Positions 13,317-27,516 are shown, counted from the first letter of the whole stretch. The stretch is 63,842 nt of DNA, filler included, from Trichosphaerium sp. ATCC 40318 (GCA_038496445.1; 5 parts of 5 records of this genome joined end to end with filler, not necessarily neighbours in it); one strand, 5' to 3'. The notes: generated from the sequence alone by a model not told the origin. Made by a program: numbers and translations.

Positions 13317-14532
13317 CCGCACAAATATAAAAACCACTCACTGTAATAAAAATGTACATTACGTAAGCCGCTTGTAATTGTTCTGGAAGTACGCCTTATG
13401 ACGCTCGGGGGTATGATCAGCCGAGTGTGAACTGAAAGCTTCTTCTAGCGAAAACAGTTTGTTACGACATTACGTTATTCCAACAATCCAAATAACTCAA
13501 GGCCTTGTACGCTCATGTTCAATAAACGAACAGGTTGGTTTGGGTAACATTTTCGAAGATACCGACAAAGTCAAACGATTTCTCACTAAACCGTATAATT
13601 TTCTATTTACGTATTAGACAAGCGTAAGCAGTACTACAAGGGCGTTTCATATCATAAATTATACAAATGGAACGACTTCAAAGCTCGTCTCAGGTAAAAA
13701 CAAAAAAATACGCTACAGCGAAACTTTATCGGCGTTACGGCCACAAAATGGTTTTTATCGCTTTTTCCAACGCCAATTACGAAGTAAAAGATAAAACGTA
13801 GTTGTTTTCGAAAGAGTTATTACGAAATTACGAGTTTTTCGTACTGAATAGTATTTTAAAGGGCCCAGGTGGTGCGCAATCACGCATAGAAATAGCACAA
13901 GAAGAAAGTAATGACGGAGAACAAAAAATACAGAATACTCAAAACGCAACGAACCCAGCAGTTAGACCGCGCCATCAGTGCGCGCCCAAGAAATTTTTTT
14001 GCTATTACCATCCCAGTGCGTCTTGATGCTGACTTTGTCTTTTTTTAGGTCAATAAAGTCTCGTAGTACACCTATAGCAAGGAATATACTCACAAAATTA
14101 CCACACTCTTCTCGACATATGTTTATGAGTAGAGTTTTCCTCATAGATGGTGAAACACTTCTTGTGTAACGTCATCGCTTTGTATAGAAAAAAAAAGAAA
14201 GCGGTACGCTTTGTGGCATCATCACCCTTTTCACTAAAAAATCGAAAATGGATATGACTTTTTTACTTACTTTTTTACGTTTAGGTAAACTGGTACCATT
14301 GAAATACTTGCTTTTTTAAGGGTGAATTACAAAAAAACGACTTTCCGGAATATTCGTCGTACTATCGCATTGACCTTTTTTTGTTTGTTATCCGTACTGT
14401 AATATAATATATAATAGAACGTAGTGTTAAAAAAACGCTTCTGGACCAAGTTTATTTTTTTTCAATCTGAAAAATATTTGTCGAGCAACTTTCTGAGTTT
14501 TTTCTGATTTCAATGTGTCAAAATTGGAGTGT

Positions 14533-16594
14533 CTAACATTTCATTGCATTTGCGAAGGCTTCGATACCAGCTCCTTTTTTAAACTCGTAGTTACATTCTG
14601 CGAGTGCTGTTTCAATTGCTTCAACTGTTTTGGTCCTTAAAAACAAGTTAGTCTTGTAAACGATGGTAACGACATACAAATGACCAAGTGCTGGTCTTGT
14701 TGCTGATATTGACATGTGACCAACTCTGAAGTATTCTGCTTTTATGTCTTTGTGTAGTCCTCCTGCAAGAATGACGCCCTGGGCTTTAATTTTTGGTAGA
14801 AGAGAACCAGCTAGAGATATGTTTAGTCGTAACACAATAATAGTAACTCTTCTACACTTTCCATACCATTTATGCCTTCAGGGAAGCGTACACAAGAAAG
14901 CGTATTTGCTTCCAAGGACGATTCGACTGGTACTGTACCTAATCCGAGAGCTTTTACAGCTACATAACAATATTAGGACGAGTAAAAATAATTACATCCT
15001 TTCTAAGGCGTGTTGTGGTATACCTGATTTGAAAGCTGCAGCTGCCTACGCTCGGTAAATAAGAGAATGACAATTATGTTACATACCTTCTTGTGTTTGC
15101 TCCAGTTTGCTTCCATACCACCTTGACAATAGGATTAATAATTCAATAGTCTACTAATGGAGTTTGTTGATAATTGTACACATACCATCGGCGAGCATTT
15201 GGGTCAATGACACATGCAACGCAGTGATGAGATTAACTGGTGGTGTAGCAAAATATGATGGTTTCAGTGACTCGTATGCTTTCATTATTGGAAGCCAGTT
15301 TTGCCAGTCAGCATAGTAATTAGGAACCTATTTTAGAAAACAAAATTACAACCAACAAAAAAAAATGAAAAAAATGCAAAAGGTACCTTTTTTACTCTTG
15401 CTCCGTGTGTAGCCTGTTGATAATATTAAAACGCTAAAAAGACGTTGGTTTATATGAAAGACGTACTATGGCACGTTCTGATGCCATTGAAACAGATAGA
15501 CCTTCGATTTAAGGTTAAAATACGTTACGAAAGTTTTATGAAGAAAACTTACCTGGTGGAACGCCAAGAGCTTTCTGGCTTGCAGTCATTACGTAATCGA
15601 TACCCCATTCATCCATTCGCAACTCTTCTCCAGCTAATTAAATTTTAGAATTTCATGTATCTTAATGTATGATTACCTGATGCACAGACGCCATCAACTA
15701 TAATTAATGTATCTGGTGATACTTCTTTTACAACTGCAGCAACGGATTTCACATCTAAACTTTGTTAAGCTGTGATTCACGTGTAAAGGTTTACCCGCTA
15801 GTACTCCAGTACTGGTATCAACATGGGTTATCGTAACGCCACGATACTTCTTACTCGATAGAGCTTTCTATTTACAGTGTTAGGTTGTTTTTACCTAATG
15901 ATCACTTGAACAATTAAAACAACTCGTACCTTTATATCTTCCATTGATGGAAAAGTTCCAGCAGGTCCTTGGACTATATCTGCATTTACATTGTATGATT
16001 TGAACCTAACGATATACTTTGTTGGCACAAAACAACAAACGTGATTATACGTTCACGCACGTGTTCAAAAATCGGTCACCGAACTATTTTGTAACTGTCA
16101 GTACAACAAAAAAACCGCTTTAAAAAAGGTCACGTACGTATCCTGAGCTAATGATAAGAGCGTCGCTGTCCTTTTTGGAAAGAAAAAGTTACAAACACTT
16201 TTTGGTAAAATAGCTAAATACATACTTGTTCAAACAAGTTAACTACAGTTGCATCCCATCCTAAGGTGCCTATTCGTTTATTAGCCGATGTTTACTGAGT
16301 TTTTAATGTACCTGAGGCTGAAATTACAAACGGTTGCCCTTTTTTACAGCAAAATACCTTTCTATACATCATAAGCTACAGTCAGCGTAAACTACCAGTA
16401 CCTTAGGTTTATTAACACTTCAGAGAAGATTTTAATGAATACAGGCGATACGTGGCTCTCTGGGCGCCTTCCTAGGCGACTTGTCATTTGTTTTTTAGTG
16501 AAAATGACATAAACGTACCTAGCGCTTCGAGAACTTGTGGATCGACCTCGATTGGTCCTGGTATCATTAAAATAGGGCTTGAAGATGCGCTCAT
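14533..16594 (-). CDS. AGXT: Alanine-glyoxylate / serine-pyruvate aminotransferase (class V PLP enzyme)
   Basis: Spliced motifs [27 protein letters not shown]|[41 protein letters not shown] (PLP lysine), [29 protein letters not shown]. Confidence 0.88.
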
Positions 16595-16845
16595 GATTGT
16601 TTAGAATGGATGAAAAGTCAAAAGATAGTTCAAAAGAATAAAACACTTCGAAATCACAAACATTTTAATGACTTATTCTCTGTCAAGTTAAGGCATATTT
16701 CTCGTACGCAATAAGTCGGAAACTGTCAAAAGACTATATTTTAGAGTAGCTCAGAAGGTTACTAACAATTTTTTTGCTGTGGTCAGCGCGTCATGCAACG
16801 AAAAAGTTGTTTTAAAAATTTAGGTAAATAAAGTTTATTAAGTGT

Positions 16846-18103
16846 TTAGTATGAGTCATCGTCATCAGTTTCGTAAGATTCACTGTCACTATCATCATCA
16901 TCTTGATCACCTGTTGATAACATCATACCGCGTCCAGGTAAATTCTCCATGCCAGCATATAAGTTCCTCATGTCTCCAATGATAGCTATTGTCTTTCCAA
17001 AATAAATTGTTTGTAATTGTTGCCGTAATTTTTCTTCCATATCCTCAATAAGACGGCCATAAACTCCAATATCAACTTTAGATACAGGACATGTTTTTGC
17101 GCTCTTGTCAAGTGAGTAACAAGGCTACTTCAAAATTCTGCTCACCTGTCTAGTTAGTCCTCCTGCGAGAGATATGTCACCACTTATTTCTGTTTTGGTA
17201 GCCAACTCTACCTAAATCATTTGTTGTTAGTACATGTACTGATCGTCTACAACTAAAAGTACCATAACAGTTGTTGTTAGTTTCATTGTGACGTTGTCAC
17301 CTTCATGAATGGCTTCAACAACATGCATTGATTGCCAACGTCCTCTCATAGGCCTCTCTAGATACTAATTAATCACGTGGGGTAAACAAACAAGTGATAA
17401 TTTACCTCTTTTTGTTACATTCTGTTGTTTTACGAATGTAACACAGAAAGCGTAATCGTTTCCTTCTGTGAGCCAGCAATACGCGGAAGACACACCTCCT
17501 TCGTAGTATAACTTTAAATAACTCAGCGCGTATGTCATTCATGCGTACAAAATACAAAAGCGCGAAGACGTACCTCTCTGTAGATGTCAAACGCCTCGTT
17601 TAATTCTTGTTCCAACTTTCGCATTTTATCACATGGTTTGAATCCATCAGCTAGGCAAAAAAGCAAAGCGTTAGTACTTTTTCCACGTGACACTAGTTCA
17701 CCTCACGTACAAAGGGGAGGAAAATAACTATTTGACCACGGTGAGCGATATGAGTCCTAGTGTAGAGTATTTAGACAACTACCACGTGTTTGGATGTACC
17801 CCATCTCTGTTATAGTCGCACAGAATATAATCTCTAAATTTAAAGTCAGAGGTCCGCGACTTTGTTGAAGACCTCATACCGTTGAGCGCTGCTATCAAAA
17901 GCGATCAGTAGGGGTATTTCCACTTGCTCTAATAACTCTTCGCATAAATCAGGACACAAGTCTAACACACCTTCTAGGTGGCGCTACGGCATTATTAGGT
18001 AGGACAGGTTGTACGTGGGTTGTACCTTGATGTGTTGAGGAGGCATACGCCTGAGAAGGTTTAACGCTGCAGTTAGGTTGGCATCGAACTCGGCGTCTTG
18101 CAT
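16846..18103 (-). CDS. F-actin capping protein beta subunit-like (divergent)
   Basis: ALNLLRRMPP, CDYNRDG|DSYRSPWSNSYFPP, FDIYRE|LYYEGGVSSAYCW, WQSMHVVE, ISLAGGLTRQ, GRLIEDMEEKLRQQLQTIYFGKT. Confidence 0.88.
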
Positions 18104-18461
18104 GTTGCAGTACTGTTTCACTGGCTAGCTGGCCGACTACTAAATCACATGGTCCATAGAAGTCGTTGCAGTAAGCACGTGCAGGTACCGACAGTACATC
18201 AACTCTGCCCAAGGAAACGTCAGTCTACCACAGCTTCTGTTTGGAGGAGGTGTAGTTCCAGCTATTTGGTTTACAACAGCTTTGTTGTACCATTTGTCCA
18301 ATTAGCCATATGTATGCGCATGCTCGTACGCTAAATACACTAAACGTATGTTAGCGTAATGCGTAGACCAAAAAGGTACAAACTGGGTTGCGATTGGATG
18401 ATGTCATAGTTGATACGCTTTGACCATACGTTTACGTATTTGGTACGCGTACATCTGCACA

Positions 18462-20906
18462 ATGGACGAAGAAACGAAGTCTAAAAAGTCCAGTAAAAAG
18501 GATAAGGCTGAAAAGCACGAAAAGCGTAAATCGCGATCTGTGCTCTCGCTCTTGCGCTCCCACTCTAAAAAGGACCTTAAATCGGAGTCAGCAAAGAGTC
18601 CAAGATCCAGAGCTACTGGAGATGATGATGAAGTGCAAGAAAAGCAACGAAGGGATAGTAGTTCGTCTAGAGAGTCCAGCGAGGAACGTTCAGGCCGTAA
18701 AAAGTCCAAAAAAACTAAATCCCCTCGAACACGCTCTTCAGACATCAATTTAGACTTAAACTTGAAGGAATCGAGCAAGAAAACCAAAAGATCGCACTCA
18801 AGATCGCACTCAACAAATGACGAAGGTTTACAATCTCCGAAAGAACCTACGGCACAAGACATACCTCTGGTAATAGACGACGTACCAGAAGAACCACCTA
18901 AAACGCGTGTACCGAAAAAGAAAGAACGGAAAGCACCAGCGGCGCCTGCAACTGCGGCTATGAAAGCGCGTTCTACAGCGCGAACAGTTGTTAAAGTACT
19001 CGATAAGGTTGAAGGCGTTGGTCATTTACTCGTGGCATTGTTTTTCGCATATCTAATGGGTAACTGGGGCTTTCATTGGGTTTTCTTATTACTTCTATTC
19101 GTATACATGTTCGTAAAATAACCTTTTTTGTATTTTGTACTAACTCAGCAAAAAGGCATAATATGGAATTACGTGTACGCAGAAAGTTCTTTAGAGCAGA
19201 AAAACGTAAAATACAGAAAAAACAGCAAGCACTTGAAGGCGTACGAAAACTTCCTATTCTACAAACATCCATTTACACGTAATATAGCAGCGCCTTGATG
19301 CTGAGACAGTCGAATGGCTGAATTTCTTTGTTGCAAAAGCGTGGCCAGGTAACAGCCTACTTTTTTTTTTCACCTTTTCTCTTTATTTACGCGGCGTAGC
19401 GTTTTCTACCTTCTTGGCAAGAACTTTGAAGGAACAGCTCACTTCAACTTTTGAACGTGTACTAAAGGAACATCAACCGCCAGCAGTGGTACGTGTAGAA
19501 ATAATAATCAGTCTACAAAAAAAAAAAAGAAACGGCTAATGTATTTATTGCAGGAATCCTTTATTGTTTCTCGTGTTGAATTTGGTCCTACTCCACCTCA
19601 ACTAAAGCGTGTCATGCACCGCGACTGCTCCCGTTGGGATCCTGACCTATTCGTACGTAGCCCAAATGCAACGAGAATGTACTTACTGTATTTTCTAGCG
19701 AATGGATTTCGATGTTTTCTACGATTCTGAATTTTTGATGGAATTCAAGATTAAAGCGCTCAAAATGAACTTACCCCTAGTAATTTCTAACATTGAGTTG
19801 CAAGGAAGAGTACGAGAAAAAATGTAAAGCGTATTTTGTTAATTCATTTTTAGATGCGCCTCGATATGTGGTTTGTTGATGAGGCTTACTTGATACGTTA
19901 TGTAAAGGCTGCGTTTAAAACAATGCCAATGATTGGTATGTCAATCAAGCCACTCAAAGCTATTGATATTATGGACTTCCCATTCATCCAGGTAAAGAAT
20001 TCAGAACTATTCAGTTTTCTCGACTTCTTTTTGTGTGTACCCTCGTATATTAATTTATGTTTACCAGGAATGGCTCACTGATACTATTGAAATGGCTTTA
20101 CGTGGTATTATGGTTCTTCCACGCTATTTCGAACTCGACATTGATGGTATGTTGAGCAAGGCGAAGAGAGCAGCACAGCTCATAAAACAAGTACCTAATG
20201 AGGGGTAAGCAGTTTTTATTTCTGTGTTTGAACCGACATGTTTCCTAATACGTATGTTTCATTAGTCTCGCAAAAATGAAGGCTGAGGAAGAAGCAGAAA
20301 AACAAAGGTTCGTTTAAACGCAAAAAAAAAAAAACCCAAAAGGTGTCTTTGTTTTTATCTTTCTCACTTTGTTTCTAGGAAGAAAGCAAAGAGCAGATTC
20401 CAAATAGGTGAAACAGTAGAACCTGAACTTGTTCTTGGTATTGTCAAGATACGCATGAAGGAGGCTAAAGATCTCATTCCTACTGATAAGAGTTCGTCAT
20501 TTGCTACAACTTTTTTTTTCATTGGTTTTTGAACATATTGATTAATTTCGTTAAAATAGATGGTTTGAGTGATCCATATTTCTCTCTTACAAGAACGATT
20601 AAAGGAGGAAAAACTCAACAATGGAAATCTCAACAATACCCAAATACATTGCACGTTATCTTTGATGAAACAAGGGAAGTTCCTGCTGAGTTTATGATCA
20701 TGAAAGATAATCCTTCATGCATTATTAAACTCGTAGGTAAAGATTACGATGGAAGATTTGGTACTTCAGATTCTCTTGGTAAGGCTACAATAGATCTTAC
20801 AAAGGATATTGAGAGTGGTAAAGAGTTTGTTGATACCCGTGTCGTACCACTTGAAGGTGTTGCACATGGTGCTGTAGAGATGACAATCTCCTTCATTCGT
20901 TTCTAA
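18462..20906 (+). CDS. Extended synaptotagmin/tricalbin-like TM-SMP-C2 protein
   Basis: Charged N-terminus; hydrophobic hairpin LLVALFFAYLMGNWGFHWVFLLLLFVY; SMP start DAETVEWLNFFVAKAWP; C2 MKEAKDLIPTD..DGLSDPY, KDYDGRFGTSDSLGKATIDL. Confidence 0.8.
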
Positions 20907-21559
20907 GCGATAACTCTATAATCTTTGCCCTTCAACGGGCTTTTTTTTTGTACCACAAACGTAATAAAGGTATCAAATTTGTAAACCGCACATAAATGCT
21001 TAGTGGGAATAGTACAGAAGGTGTTGAGGTATTCAGGTTTTTACAATTCATAACAAGGTTTCCCCGTGAAATGATTAATCGTTTAATATTGTTGTTAAAT
21101 CACAGGCTATTTTGGAGCTCCAAGTTTCCACGTGAATTATATACAATACTAGTGAAGCAACTATAGCTAAAGAAGGCAAAGATAATAGCATGAAGAAAAA
21201 CTTTTTGAGCTTGGAGGAACACTTATTGTTTGGTTCGCAGATAGTACCACAGTTGTTGGTGTTCCTGTAAAGAGGTACGTACCTGGCCAGGATTCTCTTT
21301 ACTTGTTAAATAATAAACGTTGTAACTCTTGTTTGAGGTTTAAAGTATGTTTATTAAGTTTATTCAAGTTACAAGCTTTATGTTCACCCGGGCCGCAAAG
21401 GCCGCAAGTTCACCTGGGCTGCAAGGGCCGCAGGGCGGAGGGTCTTGATGACGTGATCATCATCAAGGACAGTAAGGTTCACTGAAGTGACCTCCTTACA
21501 TTCCAGTTGTTGGAACCGCTGGCAAAGTTGGGTGAGATTGATGTTAAATAAATAAACTT

Positions 21560-22893
21560 AACCTGTTCACATTTAGGGCGCTCAGGACTGTCATAGCGTT
21601 GTTCAACAGCATGTAGACCTTCTAATGATAGAATGGCTTCATCTGTTATTTGACCACAATTGTTTAGACCAATTGTATGAACGCCCGATAACATTTTGAC
21701 ACCTTTATCTGTTACTGAAGTGCTGTCGAGGTTACTGCCAGTGCTTTGATACCTTCGTCGTCACTGAAGTATGTCCAAGATCAATGGTATGAACGCCTGC
21801 AAGTGCTTTGATACTTTCATCTGTTACTGAAGTACGTCCAAGGTGAATAGTATGAACCCCTGCAAGTGCTTTGACGTTTTTGTCAGTAACTGAAGTACCA
21901 TCCAGATATGGTATGAACACCTTTCAATGCTTCAACACCTTTATCTGTAACTACCATTTCAGTAAGTCGAATGGTATGAACTCCTGCAAGTTCCTTAATA
22001 CCTTCATCTGTAGCTGAAGTACGATAAAGGTTAATAGCATGAACACCTCGTAGTGACTGCATTCCTTCATTAGTTATATTGGTGCGCCACGTAAGGTCAA
22101 TTGTATGAACACCTGCAAGTCCATCATCTGTAACATTGCAATGTGCAATATCAATTGTATGTACGCCTTTAATTCTTTGATACCTTCGTCTGTCAGTGAA
22201 GTACAACGATACAAACAAATAGAATGTACTCCAGCAAGTGCTTTCAGATCGTGATCTTTAATAACACCAGTTTTCCCATGTTCAGTTGAACTTCTTTTGA
22301 ATGAAGTATCAATGTATCGACATCCAGATAGCAATGAAAACACAGTATTGGTTTCAACATTCATTGTAATAATAGTGTTGTTCATCACGCCTTTATATTG
22401 TCTGATCTGTAAAATATCTGCATATAAACTCTTTCGTATCCAACAACATCATGGATGATATCAGCCATCAGATGGCATGATTGAGCAACAGCAAATCTTG
22501 TTTTCGCTTCTGTATGACTTAAAATCGTGGATACTACTTCTGGTGGGAAGTTGATGATGTTCGCTACTTTGTATGTACTCGTTTGTCTCCTTGTTTAACA
22601 TTTAATTGTAAGAAATAGAAGCTGAAGACGTACTGTATTGTTTGTTGTGTTTCGGTTACTCACCGTCCTTAGAGTGTACTACGAGCTGTTTGGTTGTCAC
22701 TGGTTGTACGTGTGCTTTTAAAGAGATGTTGGTGTTTTTGTCGTAGCAGGGTTGTATTTGCTGCGTTTAAGATGCTTTCAAGTTGGTTTATGAACACTTC
22801 ACGTTCTTTTGCAACGATTGAGCTGAACTCTTCCCTGTGGTTATTGCAATAGTACGTGATGACTTGTTCTACTGAAACGCCAGGTGCACTCAT
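21560..22893 (-). pseudogene. F-box + LRR (LAGVHTIDL-type) protein, frameshifted as assembled
   Basis: F-box-like NFPPEVVSTILSH...RFAVAQSCHL followed by ~22-23 aa repeats VTDxGIKALAGVHTIxL split across ORFs 22074..22388, 21883..22218, 21732..21920 and 21479..21694. Confidence 0.7.
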
Positions 22894-23206
22894 TGTTTGA
22901 TACGACTGGCTAAGAAATACAAATTTAGAAGTCAAGCTCAAGTCAACATAAGTACAGCTGTACAGTTACAACTAGGCAGTTTCTTGCAACAAAGTAAACA
23001 CAAGGGATAGTACTAAGTTTTTATGAATTTACAAAGGTGATTAATTAGCCCACACTATTGCTTAATTCCTTTTTTCTTTCAAAAAAGCAATAATGTTTCA
23101 GGGCTCTAGACTTTCTACTTTAACACAAAAACAATGTGTACACATTGTTCGGTTTTACACTATACATTTGTGTTAATTTATGTGGTTTTTCAACTAGTAT
23201 ACTAGT

Positions 23207-25007
23207 CTAGTAGTTGTAAGTAGTAGGAGGTGCAGGTGGATCTTCACTAGGCTTTGTAGGTGAAAGCTTTGCTGATCCTGATTGCTCATCCATTATCTAG
23301 AATAGAAACTTAGTAAACAACACAAAAAAGTAAAATAAAAAGAAAGCTGTGACGCACTAGTTTATTATTTAGTAGCGACAATGAACGTCTGTGATCATTA
23401 TTACTAGTTCGATTCTTTGTCTAAAAACAACAAGGTTTAACACAAGCTAGGTACGAATAGACAATACCTCACGAACAATAGATTTATCCGCAATTACACG
23501 CCTTGACCCCGAATCGCGAGATCTAGAACGCCTTTGTTTGTGGCTTTTTTCTTTGCAAGAGATTAGCGTTGCAAAAAGCTATCAAGAAAAACTTACTTCT
23601 ACTACTTCGGCCACGAGACTCTCTTTCCGGGTATTGTGCAATAGGTGCTGGTATAGGTGCATTGTTCATATTGTTATTAGGTAGTGAACGCAACCCGTGA
23701 TCTGATGTAGACTTTGATCGCTTAAATCCAGACTTTAACAATGTCAAATGGAGCTCAAAAAACTCGCAGAACAAACGGTTGTTTTGTTTGAGTTTTGTTT
23801 AAAAAAACAGTACATACCTCCTTTTGTGCTTTGAAATGTGCTTGCACAGTATCTTTATAGAATATCAAAGAACTGCGCTTATTCTTCCTTGGTACAAAAT
23901 CATCTGATGTCGACGAAATGTTACGTTTGTGTTTATCCTTTGCCCTTCTTCTTTTTTTCTTACTGCTAGCACTTTCCTTCTTTTCAAAGGTAGGTTTACT
24001 ACTAGTGTCTACAAAAAACAAACATGAGATTGTACAAGTGATACAAACGAAAAAAGACTCACGAAAAGTTCTTGGGTCATCTGAAAGGTTATATCTGAGG
24101 GTTTCAGTCAGTCTTGATGTAGACTTTGATAGTGGTAAAGACAGGGACGACTTTCTAGGTGGTGTTTCAGCTGAAATACTCTCTCGTCGAGCTGCTGACT
24201 GTTGCTTCTGCTCAGCTATGATTTCGTCAACTACTGAATCAGCTAAAGAGGGAAGCAATAGTTAGTTTAAACACATTGTCAGTTTTGTAACAACGTACTT
24301 ATATTAAGCTGCTCCTCAAGACTTTTAGCATAGTTTGCTAATCTTTTTATTGTACGGAGCATAGTTTTTTTATCGGAAGCATTCTGTTTGTTTTCGACTT
24401 CCAGCTTAAACATTTCTTGAAATGCTTTAACAGGTATACTTATTGTCTCAATTATTTCCACTGGCGAAAGAAGAGGAGAATCTGAACCTCTACAAAAAGA
24501 TCATTAGTGACTAAATCGTATCCTTGTAAAAAGAGAAAAAACAACATCATCACGTACTTGAGTGAATCGCCTTTTTGTCGTGGAGAGGAAGTGTTACGAT
24601 CACCAGGCTTTTTTTCATGATCTCTACTAAAGTGATTCTTTACACGCTTGAGAGGCAGCCGCAAGCCAGTTTTTGATTTTGGCGCAATAACAGAAGGCAA
24701 ATCAAAATCACCTCTTAACATCAAATAAGTAACTTGTCCATGTAGTTGGTACGTACGCTGCAAGTTTCGCATTTATAAAGTTAAAGTGAGGCTTCGTGTC
24801 AGTCAATATATTAGACAGCTTTAAAAGCGTTTTAAAATCTTCATCAGTCATTATTGGTGCCGGCTCGTTCTTTAATTGCAAGATTCGTTCATAACTAGAA
24901 ATAAATATTTTGCAAATGTTGTGCCGAGCAGTTTCTTTCTTCTGATCTATAAGGGAATGAAGCTCAGAAAACCGATTTGCAATATGTATATCAGATAGTG
25001 GTTGCAT
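23207..25007 (-). CDS. Hypothetical multi-exon protein, Ser/Lys-rich C-terminal half
   Basis: Chain of same-strand ORFs (24708..25007, 24452..24772, 24279..24461, 23755..24258, 23523..23774) with splice-like boundaries; no domain recognised. Confidence 0.45.
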
Positions 25008-25260
25008 CTACATAAATAAATAAGAAGACAGAACAAAAACTACAAATAAAAGAAACACGCAATGTGTCACTTTCAAAAAAAAAAATGTCAACTTATCAGT
25101 GAAAACAAAAGAAACAATTCCAATTCGCGTTGGGCCATCTCGGTTCGTACAAGTGTTTGCATGACCTCATTTATAATTCTTTGATTATCGGTAATAAAAT
25201 TATTAAGATTGAGCATATAAGACTCAGTAAAGGCAGTATTGTTTGCAAGATTTTGTATCA

Positions 25261-25360
25261 NNNNNNNNNNNNNNNNNNNNNNNNNNNNNNNNNNNNNNNN
25301 NNNNTTAATTAATTAANNNNNNNNNNNNNNNNNNNNNNNNNNNNNNNNNNNNNNNNNNNN
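25261..25360. other. Artificial contig linker N44-TTAATTAATTAA-N44
   Basis: Identical 100-nt structure with stops in all six frames, present four times. Confidence 0.97.
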
Positions 25361-25842
25361 TACATGAACAGAATCTATGGAAAGTACTAAGGCAAAACTT
25401 TCACAAAATAAAATGTATTTGTAAGTCATGTGTTGTATATGACGTAGCTGAGGTAAAGAGTAACTATCAGCTAAGAAAATAAATGCGCTATGTGGCTCAA
25501 ACCAGCACAATATACGATACAGTAGCCATTACAAACTCGTGAGTTAGAATGATACAATCAAGAAGTTCACGTTGGATTCAATGGGTCAGACGCCAATTCA
25601 AGGGGTTTTATTGCCTTCTGTGCGGTCCTGCCGACTGCGTAATTTTCACATTTAGTGTGACGATAAAAAATCACGTGCTTCTTCCTCTGTTGCAACAAGT
25701 ACAATGGACGGACATCAATCCCACTTTTGTGTAAACAAACTGACGTTCAGTACTCGTCTCATTACCTATATTTTAAATAATAATTCCTATTGACTTGTAT
25801 TGCTTTATCCTACACGGATCGATTGTATTCCCAATCAAAGTA

Positions 25843-26822
25843 CAGTCAAAAAGGAAAAAAAATAGCCACCCAAAAACGCTGTTTTTTAAACAAAATTTCG
25901 TAGAATCACTGAGCCTTTCACTCATCATATTTTTGGATATCAATCCATTATGTTATTTGAACAGTATCCTACTATATAGGAACTTTTTAATTCCAGATTG
26001 TATGCTATGCAAATATAGTTATATAGGTTATCGTAAATGGTACACCAAAAAATAGTGCCATTTAGGCAAGTATTCCCTGAAGCACCCAGAGGTATGCACG
26101 TACTTGTAGCACTTGAAAATTTTAAAATCATCTACAAACATGCTTTAGATGTTGTGGTATTAATGGCGTCACAATTGTAACAAGCACAAGAAAAAACGTT
26201 TCAACTTTTTAAAAGCTACAAAAACGAAATTTCTTGTTTTAGGGCACCTCACAAAGCCATATTTTGTATGTTAAATTTTAAAATTAAAGTCCTATTCATG
26301 ATTGTGAATAAGCACTACATAGCACTTACTTACATATATTAATATTCTCATAGAGTATAAACGTTCATTGTACTTTATCCAGCTTCCAACACATTAACCA
26401 ACAACAGCTGATTTTTGATGCCATTTTTTTCAAAATCTGAAATTTGTTACCTTCTAAAAGTTGAAACGTTTTTTCTTGTGCTTGTTACAATTGTGACGCC
26501 ATTAATACCACAACATCTACAGCATGTTTGTAGATGATTTTAAAATTTTCAAGTGCTACAAGTACGTGCGTACCTCTGGGTGCTTCAGGGAATACTTGCC
26601 TAAATGGCACTATTTTTTGGTGTACCATTTACGATAACCTATATAACTATTGTTACAGGATAGGCATATTGTTGTGACCTTTGTTATACGCAGTGTACTA
26701 CAGCTTGAACAGCATTCTACATTGGTATCCGAAAATATGATGAGTGAAAGGCTCAGTGATTCTACGAAACTTTGTTTAAAAAACAGCGTTTTTGGGTGGC
26801 TATTTTTTTTCCTTTTTGACTG
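25843..26822. mobile_element. Non-autonomous TIR element (Tc1/mariner-like MITE / foldback), ~980 bp
   Basis: Ends TA|CAGTCAAAAAGG...CCTTTTTGACTG|TA. Inverted arms 25843-~25940 vs ~26725-26822 and ~26014-26208 vs ~26457-26650; no transposase ORF. Confidence 0.8.
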
Positions 26823-27516
26823 TAAGTCTACGTGTAGATTAGCTGAGTTTTCGACTTATTTATTCTACAACTGAACAGTATGTTACCAAAGAGAAGATTA
26901 CGAAATAGAGCATTCACAGCATGATTCTAGTTGTAAACCAAACGGTCTTGCTCATATTACAGCATGTTTCAATTCATGACACTAAACTTGCAGATATAGC
27001 GCCGTTAGAATACAGATAAAAAAGTTACTAAGAGCTAAGCCATTAGAAAACCTTCTCTTCCAATATTTTTATAGTGAACGTGGCTCTCGAAATGTAGTGC
27101 AAACCTTCCTCGAATTTGTCTGTCTAACATGTCTCCACATCTTTGGGATCAAAACTTATAATTTTGATTCAAACGGAGCATTCCCAACTTATCTACACGC
27201 CTGTGTGAGGTACCAACAACGATTTAGTTGGAAGCTACTTACTATGCACTTAGGATTTACTTAGTAAAGAGCCTGACACTTACAACTGTTTCTTACTGGA
27301 CTCTCGACCCATATATGTCTGTAGGGATTCAATGAACATCGACAAATTTACGAATGCACAAAACAGTAGAAGTTGGAGCACGTTCTAAGCTGGTTGCCTA
27401 GTCAAAACCGACTACATATTCTTCATAATCGTCATGTCACTACATTAGAATCAATGTGATTGTACACTACAGACTTAACAAAACCAGACCATATTGTTTC
27501 GACTATCACATTAAAG

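Noticed and set aside
13580-14169. Possible small gene with AP2-like YKGVSYHK segment
   Set aside because: Similarity too short and no coherent gene model could be built.
21382-21440. GC-rich ~26-bp imperfect tandem pair (GTTCACCCGGGCCGCAAAGGCCGCAA / GTTCACCTGGGCTGCAAGGGCCGCAG)
   Set aside because: Only two copies and no supporting structure; function cannot be supported.
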